Source of the DNA: an uncultured Mycobacteriaceae bacterium
Lineage (GTDB): Bacteria; Pseudomonadota; Alphaproteobacteria; DSM-16000; Inquilinaceae
DNA length: 64,000 nt
Assembly: GCA_964406375.1 (NCBI GenBank)
Contig: CAYORM010000006.1
Span: 14,167-78,166, forward strand
Reading direction: 5' to 3'
Shown here: positions 25,183 through 34,297 of the stretch, one piece after another
Numbering within the stretch: the first letter of the stretch is position 1
How the letters are laid out: each line of letters opens with the position of its first letter
Notes under the pieces: generated by a model
Seen by the model: only the letters and a program-made list of their open reading frames with translations
Told to the model about the DNA's origin: nothing
The model's database searches: none
Made by a program: the position numbers and the translations under genes

Positions 25183-26658
25183 TCAGCGCGTCTCCGGCAT
25201 GGCGATCCGCCGCCCCGCCCCTTCCGGCAGGCCGCCCCGGCGGTGCTGCTCCATCAGCGCGACGATGCGGGCCGCCACAGCGTCCTCCGCCGGGGCGGCG
25301 CGGCCGATGCGCCGGTCGACATGGATCAGCATCTGCTCCGCGGTCGCCAGCGTCGTGCCATCCGGTTGCCGCACCATCTCGTGGAAGATGTGCAGCCGCT
25401 TGGCGTCGGCGCCGAGGATGCGGGTCGTCACCTCGATCGCCTCGCCGGCCTTCGCCTCGGCGAGGTGCCGGAGATGCGTCTCGACGGTATAGGCGCTGCG
25501 GCCCGCCGCGATCGCGGCACTGTCGAGGCCCACCGTCTCGAGCAGCCGGTCCGTCGCCTGGCCGAAGGCGTCGAGGTAGCGGTGCTCGGTCATGTGTCCG
25601 TTGTGATCAAGCCATGCCTCGGGCACCCGGGCGGAGAAGCTCGTGATCCCCGTGCGCTCCGCCGGCGCCGCCTGCCGCAGCTGCGCGGCATGGGCCGCGA
25701 GATCCGCGCCGGCGCCATAGCGCTGCCCCTCCAGCGCCCTCAGCACCGCGACGAGGCAGTCGTCGCGCAGCCGTTCGAGGGCCCTCAGATCGGCGCCGAC
25801 CGGCTCCTTCGCCGCCTGGGCGTCCGATTGCGCCGCGAGCCGGTCGAGCAGCGCATCCGTCAGCTCCGGCACGTCGGTCAGCCGGGTCCATGGCCATTTC
25901 AGCGCCGGGCCGAACTGCGCCATGAAGTGGCGCATGCCCGCCTCGCCACCGGCGATGCGGTAGATCAGGAAGGTGCCCATGAAGGCCCAGCGCAGCCCCG
26001 GGCCGTAGCGCAGCGCGTCGTCGATCTCCTCGACCGTCGCCACCTCGTCATGGACGAGCCACAGCGCCTCGCGCCACAGCGCCTCCATCAGCCGGTCGGC
26101 GATGAAGCCGTCGACCTCGTGACGGACATGGAGCGGATGCATGCCGAGGGCACGATAGAGGTCGGCGGCCCGCTCGATCGTCGCCGGCGCGGTCGCCGCC
26201 CCGCCGCACAGCTCGACGAGCGGCATCAGATAGACGGGGTTGAAGGGATGGGCGACGGTGAAGCGTTCCGGCCCCGCCATCTCGGCCTGCAGCCGGCTGG
26301 GCAGAAGGCCCGAAGTCGAGGAGGCGATGATCGCGTCTTCCGGCGCGGCACGGGCGGCGCGGGCGAGCAGCGTCACCTTGAGATCCTCGCGCTCCGGCGC
26401 CGATTCCTGGACGAGATCGGCGCCTTCCGCCGCCTCTTCCGGGCTGCCGACGAAGCGGAGCCGGCCCTCCGCCGGCTTCGGTGCATCGATCAGCCGGGAC
26501 AGGGCGCGTCGCGCATTCGCGACCATCGCCTCGACCTTGCGCGGGGCCTCGGGATCGGGATCGTAGAGGGCGACGTCGACGCCGTTGAGAAGGAGACGCG
26601 CGGCCCAGCCGCCGCCGATCACCCCGGCCCCGACGAGGCCCGCCTTGCGCGGCCGCAT
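25183..26658 (-). CDS. lcdH: L-carnitine dehydrogenase fused to a C-terminal thioesterase domain
   Basis: Starts at [23 protein letters not shown].. (codon 170 of the track ORF; its ATG overlaps the BKACE stop by 1 nt). SSTSGLLPS, HPFNPVYLMPLVE and FIADRLMEALWREALWLV..GMRHFMAQFGPALKWPWT match Pseudomonas L-carnitine dehydrogenase as I recall it. The last 150 aa or so (..HNGHMTEHRYLDAF..) look like a hotdog-fold thioesterase. Confidence 0.85.
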   Translation of the reverse strand: MRPRKAGLVGAGVIGGGWAARLLLNGVDVALYDPDPEAPRKVEAMVANARRALSRLIDAPKPAEGRLRFVGSPEEAAEGADLVQESAPEREDLKVTLLARAARAAPEDAIIASSTSGLLPSRLQAEMAGPERFTVAHPFNPVYLMPLVELCGGAATAPATIERAADLYRALGMHPLHVRHEVDGFIADRLMEALWREALWLVHDEVATVEEIDDALRYGPGLRWAFMGTFLIYRIAGGEAGMRHFMAQFGPALKWPWTRLTDVPELTDALLDRLAAQSDAQAAKEPVGADLRALERLRDDCLVAVLRALEGQRYGAGADLAAHAAQLRQAAPAERTGITSFSARVPEAWLDHNGHMTEHRYLDAFGQATDRLLETVGLDSAAIAAGRSAYTVETHLRHLAEAKAGEAIEVTTRILGADAKRLHIFHEMVRQPDGTTLATAEQMLIHVDRRIGRAAPAEDAVAARIVALMEQHRRGGLPEGAGRRIAMPETR

Positions 26659-27554
26659 CACCCGGGGCTCCGCAGCTTGAGTTTCGTGCGGACCTCGGCG
26701 GGCGTCAGCAGCCGCACATTCATCGCCGAGAGGATGGTCACCGCACGCTCGACGAGCGCCCCGTTGGTCGCCAGACGGCCGCGGGAGAGGTAGAGATTGT
26801 CTTCCAGCCCGACTCGGACATTGCCGCCGGCGAGTACCGCCATCGCCACATAGGGAAGCTGCATCCGGCCGATCGAAAAGGCCGAGAAGACGGCGCCCGG
26901 CGGCAGGCGGTTGACCATGGCGAGCAGCGTGCCGGGGTCGTCCGGCGCGCCGTAGGGGATGCCCATGCAGAGCTGGATCAGAACCGGGTCGTCGATCAGC
27001 CCCTCGCGGATCAGATCCTTCACCATCACGAGATGGCCGGTATCGAAGACCTCGAGCTCCGGACGCACCCCCAGCGCCTGCACCCGGCGGGCCATGGCGC
27101 GCAGCATGTCGGGCGTGTTGGTCATCACATAATCGCCGCCGGCCGCGAAATTCATCGACCCGCAATCGAGGGTGCAGATCTCCGGCAGCAGCGCCTCGAC
27201 ATGGGAGAGCCGCTCGGTGGCACCCGCCATATCGGTCCCGGCGGGATCGAGCGGCAGCGGCGTCTCCGCTCCGCCCAGCACCAGATCGCCGCCCATGCCG
27301 GCGGTGAGATTGAGCACGACATCCGTTCCCGAGACGCGCACCCGGTCGACGACTTCGCGATAGAGGGCGGGATCGCGGGCCCCCTTTCCGGTCGCGGGGT
27401 CACGGACATGGATATGGGCGATGGCGGCGCCGGCCCGTGCCGCCTCCACGGCGGCCGCGGCGATCTCGGCGGGGGTGACCGGCACCTTGTCCGACTTGCC
27501 CGTCGTATCACCCGCTCCGGTCACCGCGCAGGTGATGAAGACCTCCCAGTTCAT
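26658..27554 (-). CDS. BKACE family (3-keto-5-aminohexanoate cleavage-like, DUF849) enzyme; candidate dehydrocarnitine cleavage enzyme
   Basis: ..[11 protein letters not shown]...[24 protein letters not shown].. and ..[22 protein letters not shown].. are hallmark BKACE blocks. Confidence 0.85.
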   Translation of the reverse strand: MNWEVFITCAVTGAGDTTGKSDKVPVTPAEIAAAAVEAARAGAAIAHIHVRDPATGKGARDPALYREVVDRVRVSGTDVVLNLTAGMGGDLVLGGAETPLPLDPAGTDMAGATERLSHVEALLPEICTLDCGSMNFAAGGDYVMTNTPDMLRAMARRVQALGVRPELEVFDTGHLVMVKDLIREGLIDDPVLIQLCMGIPYGAPDDPGTLLAMVNRLPPGAVFSAFSIGRMQLPYVAMAVLAGGNVRVGLEDNLYLSRGRLATNGALVERAVTILSAMNVRLLTPAEVRTKLKLRSPG

Positions 27555-27572
27555 GCCCCCTTCCCCCGGCGC

Positions 27573-28769
27573 CTAGACATCCGCCGGCGGCGTCGCGGTC
27601 CGCCGGGGCAGCGTGACGAAGGGCCGCTCGACGATCCGGGCCCGCATCATCAGCTTGTGGTAGCGCAGCTCCTTCAGCGCGTAGATCTCGACCCAGAAAT
27701 CGTCGCGGATCCGCGTGCCATAGGGCGCATCGAGCGTGGCGAGCGCGATGTTGCGCTTGGCGGTCGGCGACCAGGCGGCGGAGGTGACGATGCCCGCCTC
27801 GCGTCGCCGCCGGTGATAGACGACCGCCTGCCCCGCCGGCACGTTGCCGTCGATCTCCAGCCCGACCAGCGCATGGCGCGCACCCGCCGCACCGCGCGCG
27901 AGCAATGCATGGCGGCCGTTGAAGGCGTCCTTCTGCGGATCGACCATCCAGCCCAGCCCGATCTCCCACGGCGTGCGGGCCCGGTCGGCGCGCAGCGCGC
28001 GTTCGGCGGTGACGAAATCGACATTGGCGACGATGAAGCCGGCCTCGAGCCGGGCGAGATCGAGCGCGGCATAGCCGATCGGTCGCAGCCCGCGCAGCCG
28101 CCCGGCGGCGACCAGCCGGTCCCAGAGTGCGAGGGCATTCTCGGCCGCGACGAACAGCTCATAGCCGAGATCGCCGGTGAAGCCGGTCCGCGAAACCGTC
28201 ACCGACGCGCCGTCGATGGACAGATCGCGGATGTCGAAGGGCCTCATCGTCTCGATGCCAGCGAAGCCCGCCTCGCGCAGCACCGCGCAGGCGGTCGGCC
28301 CCTGCAGGGCGAGCGCAGCGATCCGCTCCGTCTCCTCCTCGATCTCGACATCGAAGCCGCGCGCGCTGTCGAGCAGCCAGGGCAGATGCCGCTCCTGGCA
28401 GCACAGCCGGAAGGTGCCGCCCGGCAGGTGGAACAGCGTGCCGTCGTCGAGGACATGGCCCTCGCCGTCGCACCAGGCGGTGTAGTGCACCCGCCCCGGG
28501 CGCAGCTTCGCCACCGAGCGCAGCGTCAGCCGGTCGAGATAGGCGACGGCATCCGGCCCGGCGATCCGGTACTTCGTCATCGGCGACAGGTCGAACAGAC
28601 CGCAGCCATTGCGCAGGGCGAAGTATTCGAGCTCGCGATCCTCGATCACCGACGGCGCGGCGAAGCCGCTCCAGGAATACCAGGCGGTGGTGCGCATTGC
28701 CGCCGCGATCCGCGGATGGAACGGCGTCATGCGCTGCGGCGCACGGAAATGATCGCGGGCCGCGGTCAT
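27573..28769 (-). CDS. aminomethyltransferase (GcvT/DmdA-like, folate-binding) family protein
   Basis: ..EYFALRNGCGLFDLSPMTKYRIAGPDA..YLDRL.., ..SRTGFTGDLGYELF.., ..GYAALDLARLEAG.. are GcvT-family blocks. ATG at 28769 forms an ATGA overlap with the upstream stop. Confidence 0.85.
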   Translation of the reverse strand: MTAARDHFRAPQRMTPFHPRIAAAMRTTAWYSWSGFAAPSVIEDRELEYFALRNGCGLFDLSPMTKYRIAGPDAVAYLDRLTLRSVAKLRPGRVHYTAWCDGEGHVLDDGTLFHLPGGTFRLCCQERHLPWLLDSARGFDVEIEEETERIAALALQGPTACAVLREAGFAGIETMRPFDIRDLSIDGASVTVSRTGFTGDLGYELFVAAENALALWDRLVAAGRLRGLRPIGYAALDLARLEAGFIVANVDFVTAERALRADRARTPWEIGLGWMVDPQKDAFNGRHALLARGAAGARHALVGLEIDGNVPAGQAVVYHRRRREAGIVTSAAWSPTAKRNIALATLDAPYGTRIRDDFWVEIYALKELRYHKLMMRARIVERPFVTLPRRTATPPADV

Positions 28770-30331
28770 CGCCGCCCCTCCCGCTCGAGGATACGGCGGG
28801 CGGCATTCCAGCCCGGCACCCCCGAGACGCCACCGCCCGGATGCGAGCCGGCGCCGCACAGATAAAGCCCGCCGACCGGGGTGTCGTAGCGCTCGGCGCC
28901 GAAGACCGGGCGCAGCACGAACATCTGATCGACCGCGAGTTCGCCGTGGTGCCACTGGCCGCCGGGCATGCGCCAGCGCGCCTCCAGATCGTCCGGCGTG
29001 AGGAGTTCCGCCGCCCGCACCCGGGCGCCGATCCCCGGCGCATGCGCCTCGAGCACCGCCATCGCCGTCCGGAGGACGGCCGCGCGGTCGGCGCCCGGCG
29101 GGACATATTGGATGCAGGCCGACAGGACATGGCCGCCGGCCGGCGCCAGCGACGGATCGGTGACGGTGGGCAGCACGATCTCCATCGCCGGCGCGGGCGA
29201 GGCTTCGCCATACTTCACCGCATTGAAGGCGCGCTCGACATGATCGATGGAGGGGGCGACGAGCAGCCGGTCACCGAGCCGCTCCGGCGGGAGACCGATG
29301 AACGCAGGCGCCCCGTCGAGCGCCAGATGCAGCTTGGCAACGGTGCCCCTGATCCGGATCCCCTCGACCCGCCGCACGAAATCGGTGTCGAGCCGCGGTG
29401 CGCCGACGAGATCGAGGAAGGTCGTCCGCGGATTGACCGCCGAGACGATGACGGCGGCGGCGATCCGTTCGCCAGCCTCGGTCACGACCGCGACCACCCG
29501 GCCGCGCTCCACCTCGATCGCCGCGACCGGCGTGGCCGTCCGGATGGTGACGCCGGCCGCCCGCGCCGCCGCCTCGAGGGCCGCCGCGACGGACCCCATG
29601 CCGCCCACCGGCAGGGCGAGCGCCGCCTGCCGTCCGTCCACCGAGCCGGCGAGCCGGTAGAGCAGTGTCATCAGCGAGGTCGGCGAGCGCGGCCCGAGAC
29701 GCGTGCCGAGCACCGCGTCGAAGGCGACGGCCCCGGCCAGCTTCGGACAGGCGAGTTCCTCCTCGAGCGCGTCGGCGACGCTCATCAGCGCCATGCGCAG
29801 GAATTCCTGCCCCTCCGCGCGGCCGAGCCGCCGGATGGCGAGGCCCAGCCGGGCGAGCGGCAGTCGCTCGCGCCAATGACCGCCCGCCAGCGGTGGCGGG
29901 ATCTCGGTGAGGAAGGGTTGCAGCGTGCGGGCAAAGCGCAGCAGACGCGCGCGCAGAGCGGGCCAGCCCTCCGCCCCGCCCACACTGCCCTCGATGCGCT
30001 CTCCGAAGGGTCCCGCCAGACGCAGCGCCCGTCCGTCGGGGTCGAGCACCGTCGTCGCGACGTTGGATGCCGCCCAGCGCAGCCCGTGCCGGGCGAGGTC
30101 GAGCTCGCGGAGGATGGCGGGATGGAGGAGATGGGCGAAATGGGCGACCGCCGGCACCCGCCAGCCGGACAGGAACTCGATGGTGCGGGCCGCCCCGCCG
30201 GTCGCCTCGGCCGCTTCCAGGACCAGTACGCGACGGCCGGCACGGGCGAGCCGGGTGGCGGCGACCAAGCCGTTATGGCCGCCGCCCACCACCACGGCGT
30301 CCCAGGTGTCAGAGGACGGCATAGGCGTCAC
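28766..30331 (-). CDS. NAD(P)/FAD-dependent oxidoreductase, phytoene-desaturase-like (COG1233), paralogue 2
   Basis: WDAVVVGGGHNGLVAATRLARAG..VLVLE is the dinucleotide-binding fold. The C-terminus LYLCGAGSHPGGGVSG is typical of the CrtI-like family. It overlaps the upstream paralogue by 23 nt, or 14 nt if it starts at M4. Confidence 0.82.
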   Translation of the reverse strand: MTPMPSSDTWDAVVVGGGHNGLVAATRLARAGRRVLVLEAAEATGGAARTIEFLSGWRVPAVAHFAHLLHPAILRELDLARHGLRWAASNVATTVLDPDGRALRLAGPFGERIEGSVGGAEGWPALRARLLRFARTLQPFLTEIPPPLAGGHWRERLPLARLGLAIRRLGRAEGQEFLRMALMSVADALEEELACPKLAGAVAFDAVLGTRLGPRSPTSLMTLLYRLAGSVDGRQAALALPVGGMGSVAAALEAAARAAGVTIRTATPVAAIEVERGRVVAVVTEAGERIAAAVIVSAVNPRTTFLDLVGAPRLDTDFVRRVEGIRIRGTVAKLHLALDGAPAFIGLPPERLGDRLLVAPSIDHVERAFNAVKYGEASPAPAMEIVLPTVTDPSLAPAGGHVLSACIQYVPPGADRAAVLRTAMAVLEAHAPGIGARVRAAELLTPDDLEARWRMPGGQWHHGELAVDQMFVLRPVFGAERYDTPVGGLYLCGAGSHPGGGVSGVPGWNAARRILEREGRR

Positions 30332-31928
30332 TCAGATGGTCGGTGGGCCGCCGCAGATCGCGCAGGATCTCCTTCGCGGCGTTGCGTCCCGGGGCGCCCA
30401 TCACCCCGCCGCCCGGATGGGTGGACGAGCCGCACATGTAAAGGCCGCGGATCGGCGAGCGGTACTGCGCATAGCCGGGCACCGGTCGGTTGAACAGCAG
30501 CTGGTCGAAGGTCAGCTCACCTTGGAAGATGTTGCCCTCCGTCAGCCCGACCTCGGCCTCGAGCTCGCGCGGCGTGCGCACTTCCATGTGCAGGATCAAC
30601 TCACGGAAACCGGGGGCGTACTCGGCGATCTGATCGACCACGGTGCGGGCGAAGCCGTCGCGATCCGCATCCGTCCAGGGCCGACCCTCGACGAGCGGCG
30701 GGCAGTACTGGACGAAGCAGCTCATGAAATGCTTGCCCGGCGGCGTGAGCGTCGGGTCGGTCGCCGACGGGATCATCATGTCCAGGACCGGATCGGCCGA
30801 CCACCGCCCGGCCTTCCAGTCGTCATAGGCGCGCTCCATCCGCTCGATGCTGTCGGTGAAATGGAGATCGCCGCGGATGCAGGGCGAATCCTCCGGCAGT
30901 GCCGGGAAACGCGGCAGCGCGTCGAGCGCGATGTTCACCTTGCCGGAGGAGCCGCGGATCTTGAAGGTCCGCACCCGCTTCAGGAAGGATTCGGGCAGAT
31001 GGCGGGCCTCGACCATGCCGAGGAAGGTCCGCTTCACATCGGCATTGGAGACGACGAGCCGGCCGCGCAGCTCCTCGCCGCCCGCCAGCACCACGCCGGT
31101 CGCCCGCCCGCCTTCGACGAGCACATGCTCGACCGCGGCGCCGGTGCGGATCGTGCCGCCCGCCGCTTCGAAGGAGGCCGCGAGCGCCGCGGTGATCGCC
31201 CCCATGCCGCCGCGGGCATAGCCCCAGGCGCCGACCGAACCATCGACCTCGCCCATGTAATGGTGCAGCAGCACATAGGCGCTGCCCGGCGACATCGGCC
31301 CGAGCGCCGTGCCGATAATGCCGGAGATGGCGAGCGAGGCCTTGATCACCTCATTCTCGAAATAGCAGTCGAGGAATTCGGCGATCGACATCGTCCAGAA
31401 TCGGATCGTGTCGGCCATCTCGGCAGCGGTCAGGTCGTGAAAGCGGCGCCCGAGATGGAGCAGCTCGGCGACATCGCGCGGCCGGAAGCGCAGCGGGTCG
31501 GGCGCGGTGCGCAGCAGCAGCGGCTGGATGAAGCGGCATTGCCGCGTGACATCACGGGCGTAGCGCTCATAGGCCTCGGCATCACGCCGCGAGAAGCGCG
31601 CGAACTCCCGCCGATGGGCGTCGTGGTCGCGATAGGCGGCGAGATAGTCGCCACCTCGCGTCAGCACGGCGCCGCCGTCATAGGCGATGATCTGCAGCCC
31701 GTGGCGCGGCAGGTCGAGGTCGCGGATGATCTCGGGCCGCAGCAGGCTGCAGACATAGGAACAGTTGGAATAGACGAACCCCGGATGGAGCGACCGGCTG
31801 GTGGCCGCGCCGCCAACCCAGGGATTGCGCTCGACCACCAGCACATCGAGCCCGGCGCGCTGCAGGTAGCAGGCCGCCACCAGCCCATTATGCCCCGCGC
31901 CGATCACGACCGCATCGAAGGTCTTCAT
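30309..31928 (-). CDS. NAD(P)/FAD-dependent oxidoreductase, phytoene-desaturase-like (COG1233), paralogue 1
   Basis: MKTFDAVVIGAGHNGLVAACYLQRAG..VLVVE.., and C-terminal LYMCGSSTHPGGGVMG. First gene of the 8-gene operon. Confidence 0.82.
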   Translation of the reverse strand: MKTFDAVVIGAGHNGLVAACYLQRAGLDVLVVERNPWVGGAATSRSLHPGFVYSNCSYVCSLLRPEIIRDLDLPRHGLQIIAYDGGAVLTRGGDYLAAYRDHDAHRREFARFSRRDAEAYERYARDVTRQCRFIQPLLLRTAPDPLRFRPRDVAELLHLGRRFHDLTAAEMADTIRFWTMSIAEFLDCYFENEVIKASLAISGIIGTALGPMSPGSAYVLLHHYMGEVDGSVGAWGYARGGMGAITAALAASFEAAGGTIRTGAAVEHVLVEGGRATGVVLAGGEELRGRLVVSNADVKRTFLGMVEARHLPESFLKRVRTFKIRGSSGKVNIALDALPRFPALPEDSPCIRGDLHFTDSIERMERAYDDWKAGRWSADPVLDMMIPSATDPTLTPPGKHFMSCFVQYCPPLVEGRPWTDADRDGFARTVVDQIAEYAPGFRELILHMEVRTPRELEAEVGLTEGNIFQGELTFDQLLFNRPVPGYAQYRSPIRGLYMCGSSTHPGGGVMGAPGRNAAKEILRDLRRPTDHLSDAYAVL

Positions 31929-31986
31929 CCGCGCCCCCTCACCCGCCGATTCGATCGCATGTCCCGGCCTCGCCTGTCCAGCCGTA

Positions 31987-32002
31987 TTGAATGATCATTC
32001 AG
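31987..32002. promoter_or_regulatory. palindromic operator, copy A (TTGAATGATCATTCAG)
   Basis: Contains the perfect 14-bp palindrome TGAATGATCATTCA in an AT-rich pocket. It lies 59 nt upstream of the operon start (31928) and upstream of the divergent TetR gene. Confidence 0.6.
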
Positions 32003-32239
32003 CAAAAATCTTGTGATGGCGGCCGGGCCGGGCTAGGCTTGCCCAAACGGCGGAGGACGGAGTTCCGGTGCCGGACGAGCCAGGCACGGCGGAAGCGGGG
32101 ACGGGGCGGCAGCGGACCGCCGCCGGGAGCCCCGAGGCGCGCCGCCTCGACGCGCCGGCGCAGACCCCGGCACCGCGCCGCGCACGGGTCCGGAGATCGA
32201 CGCAGATCGGCCTTGATTCCGGCTCGCAGCGGCCTACGC

Positions 32240-33070
32240 ATGAGGCTGGACGGGCCACCCGCGAGCGGGGACCCGCGAGGCGCCCCGACCGAGGTTCCGT
32301 TGACCCGCGCATCATCGGCTTCCAAGACCCCGACCTCGTCCGCCAGCCCCCCGGGCGGCCCCTCAGCCGCACCGGCAACCGCCCGGACGGCGCGGGCGCA
32401 ACGGGAGGAGGGCACCAAGGGCCGCAAGGCATCCAAGGCGGTGCGCCGCCAGCAGCTCATCGAGGCGACGATCGATTCGCTCGCCACGCGCGGCTTCTCC
32501 GGCACCACGATGGCCGATGTGACCGACGGCGCCGGCCTGTCCCGCGGCATCGTCAATTTCCATTTCGACAGCAAGGAGACCCTGCTGGTCGAGACGCTGC
32601 GCTCGCTGGCCGACGAGTACAGCGCGCATTGGCGCAATGCGCTGGCGCGGGCACGGCCCGATCCGGCCTCGCGGCTGTGGGCGCTGGTCGCCGCGGATTT
32701 CGACCGCCAGATCTGCAATCGTCGCAAGCTGGCCGCCTGGTGCGCCTTCTGGGGCGAGGCCAAGTCGCGACCGACCTACAAGGCGCTGTGTTCCGCACGC
32801 GACGCCATCTATCAGGACACGATCATCGAGCTCTGTCAGGCGCTGGTGGACGAGGGGGGCTACGCGCTCGACCCGAAATCCGTCGCGGTCGGACTCGACG
32901 CGATGCTCGAAGGGTTGTGGCTGCGGCTGCTGCTCGACGGCCGCGGCATGGGGCGCGAACAGGGCCATGCCACTGTCATCCAGTATCTCGTCGCGCTGTT
33001 CCCGGCGCATTTTACCGCCGCGGGACCGGTCCCCCGGACCGCCGCGACCGCGCCGCCATCGCGGGGATGA
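32240..33070 (+). CDS. TetR family transcriptional regulator, BetI-like
   Basis: HTH region is RRQQLIEATIDSLATRGFSGTTMADVTDGAGLSRGIVNFHFDSKETLL. ..KLAAWCAFWGEA.. and ..LEGLWLRLLLDG resemble E. coli BetI blocks (KAWLAFWA.., GLWLRAAL). The start is uncertain: ATG 32240, TTG 32213 or GTG 32441. The N-terminal 65 aa or so look disordered. Confidence 0.78.
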   Translation: MRLDGPPASGDPRGAPTEVPLTRASSASKTPTSSASPPGGPSAAPATARTARAQREEGTKGRKASKAVRRQQLIEATIDSLATRGFSGTTMADVTDGAGLSRGIVNFHFDSKETLLVETLRSLADEYSAHWRNALARARPDPASRLWALVAADFDRQICNRRKLAAWCAFWGEAKSRPTYKALCSARDAIYQDTIIELCQALVDEGGYALDPKSVAVGLDAMLEGLWLRLLLDGRGMGREQGHATVIQYLVALFPAHFTAAGPVPRTAATAPPSRG

Positions 33071-33195
33071 CGGCGTGAGCGGTCGCGCGGATCGCCCCGA
33101 CCGGGACCGGGGCGGGCGGGGCCTCGGCAGGGCGACGGAAAGACACCCGCGGGCGGGCGGCCGCTGCGGTTCGGCGCACAAGTGAGGAGGGGGAG

Positions 33196-34287
33196 ATGAC
33201 GACACATACCCGGCGGCGATACGTGACGGGCGCCGCGAGCATCACCTGCGCATTGGCCGCGGTGGCCTGGCTCGCGCCCGCCCCGGCCTCGGCGGACGAT
33301 CCCGCCCTGACCGTCTTCGACTGGGCGGGCTATGAGGACCCGTCCTTCCACCCGGCCTATGTCGAGGCGCATGGCGCCTCGCCGACCTTCGCCTTCTTCG
33401 GCGATGAGGAAGAGGCGTTCCAGAAGATCCGTGCCGGCTTCCGCGCCGATCTCGCGCATCCCTGCTCCCAGAGCGTGGTGAAATGGCGCGATGCGGGGCT
33501 TCTGCGGCCGATCGACACCGGCCGCATCGAGGCCTGGGACGACATCATCCCCGGATTGCGCGACCTGGAAGGCTTCGCGTCCGAAGGCGAGCAGTGGTTC
33601 GTGCCCTTCGAATGGGGCAATACAGGCCTCATCTACCGCACCGATGTGGTCGATGCGGCGGCCCTCTCCTCGCTGCGGGTGCTGGCCGATCCCGCCTATG
33701 CCGGCCGCGTCTCGTTGCCCGACAATGTCGACGATGCCTTTGCGCTCGGCGCCCTCGTCGTCGGGGTGCGTGACTGGACGCAGATGACGGATGCCGAATT
33801 CCAGGCCGCCGCCGCCTTCCTGCGCGAGGTGGCGCCGAATGTGCGGATGTACTGGACTGACAACACCGAGCTGGCGCAGGCGATGGCGACCGGCGAGATC
33901 GTGCTGGCCTGGGGCTGGAACGAGACCCCGACCCATCTGCAGGCGGACGGCTATCCCGTCGCGATGCACAAGAACACCGAGGAGGGCATCTTCACCTGGG
34001 TGTGCGGCTATGTCCTGCTCGCCGGCGGGGCAGGGTCCGAGGACCGGGCCTATGACTATCTCAACGCCGTGCTCGCGGTGGAGTCGGGCCACTTCCTCCT
34101 GGACGCGTGGGGCTATGGCCACGCCAATGCGGAGGCGATCGCCACCGCCGACCCGACGGTCGTCGAGGCCAGCGGCTTCGCCGATTTCGAGCAGTTCACC
34201 GACCGCACCCTGTTCGCGGCGCCGCTGCCGGAGGCGCTGCGTCAGCGGATGATCAGCGAGTTCGAACGGATCAAGGCGGGGTTCTGA
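33196..34287 (+). CDS. ABC transporter substrate-binding protein, PotD/PotF (polyamine/amine) family
   Basis: RR-containing signal peptide (MTTHTRRRYVTGAA..APASA), then ..LTVFDWAGYEDP.., ..WGNTGLIYR.. This is a PotD-like pattern. Confidence 0.78.
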   Translation: MTTHTRRRYVTGAASITCALAAVAWLAPAPASADDPALTVFDWAGYEDPSFHPAYVEAHGASPTFAFFGDEEEAFQKIRAGFRADLAHPCSQSVVKWRDAGLLRPIDTGRIEAWDDIIPGLRDLEGFASEGEQWFVPFEWGNTGLIYRTDVVDAAALSSLRVLADPAYAGRVSLPDNVDDAFALGALVVGVRDWTQMTDAEFQAAAAFLREVAPNVRMYWTDNTELAQAMATGEIVLAWGWNETPTHLQADGYPVAMHKNTEEGIFTWVCGYVLLAGGAGSEDRAYDYLNAVLAVESGHFLLDAWGYGHANAEAIATADPTVVEASGFADFEQFTDRTLFAAPLPEALRQRMISEFERIKAGF

Positions 34288-34297
34288 ACCCGGCGGC

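Noticed and set aside
26659-27165. The N-terminal 169 codons of track ORF 25183..27165
   Set aside because: It overlaps the BKACE gene in another frame. The carnitine dehydrogenase Rossmann fold begins right after the Met at 26658.
28766-31928. Carotenoid biosynthesis (CrtI/CrtD) as the role of the two phytoene-desaturase-like genes
   Set aside because: No crtB, crtE, crtY or other carotenoid genes are nearby. The genes are translationally coupled to a folate-dependent aminomethyltransferase and to carnitine catabolic genes, and they share their operator with amine-related genes.
27033-31994. Plus-strand ORFs 27033..28865 (610 aa), 28697..30493 (598 aa) and 29907..31994 (695 aa)
   Set aside because: They are antisense shadows of the BKACE, GcvT-like and COG1233 genes, with no recognisable domains.
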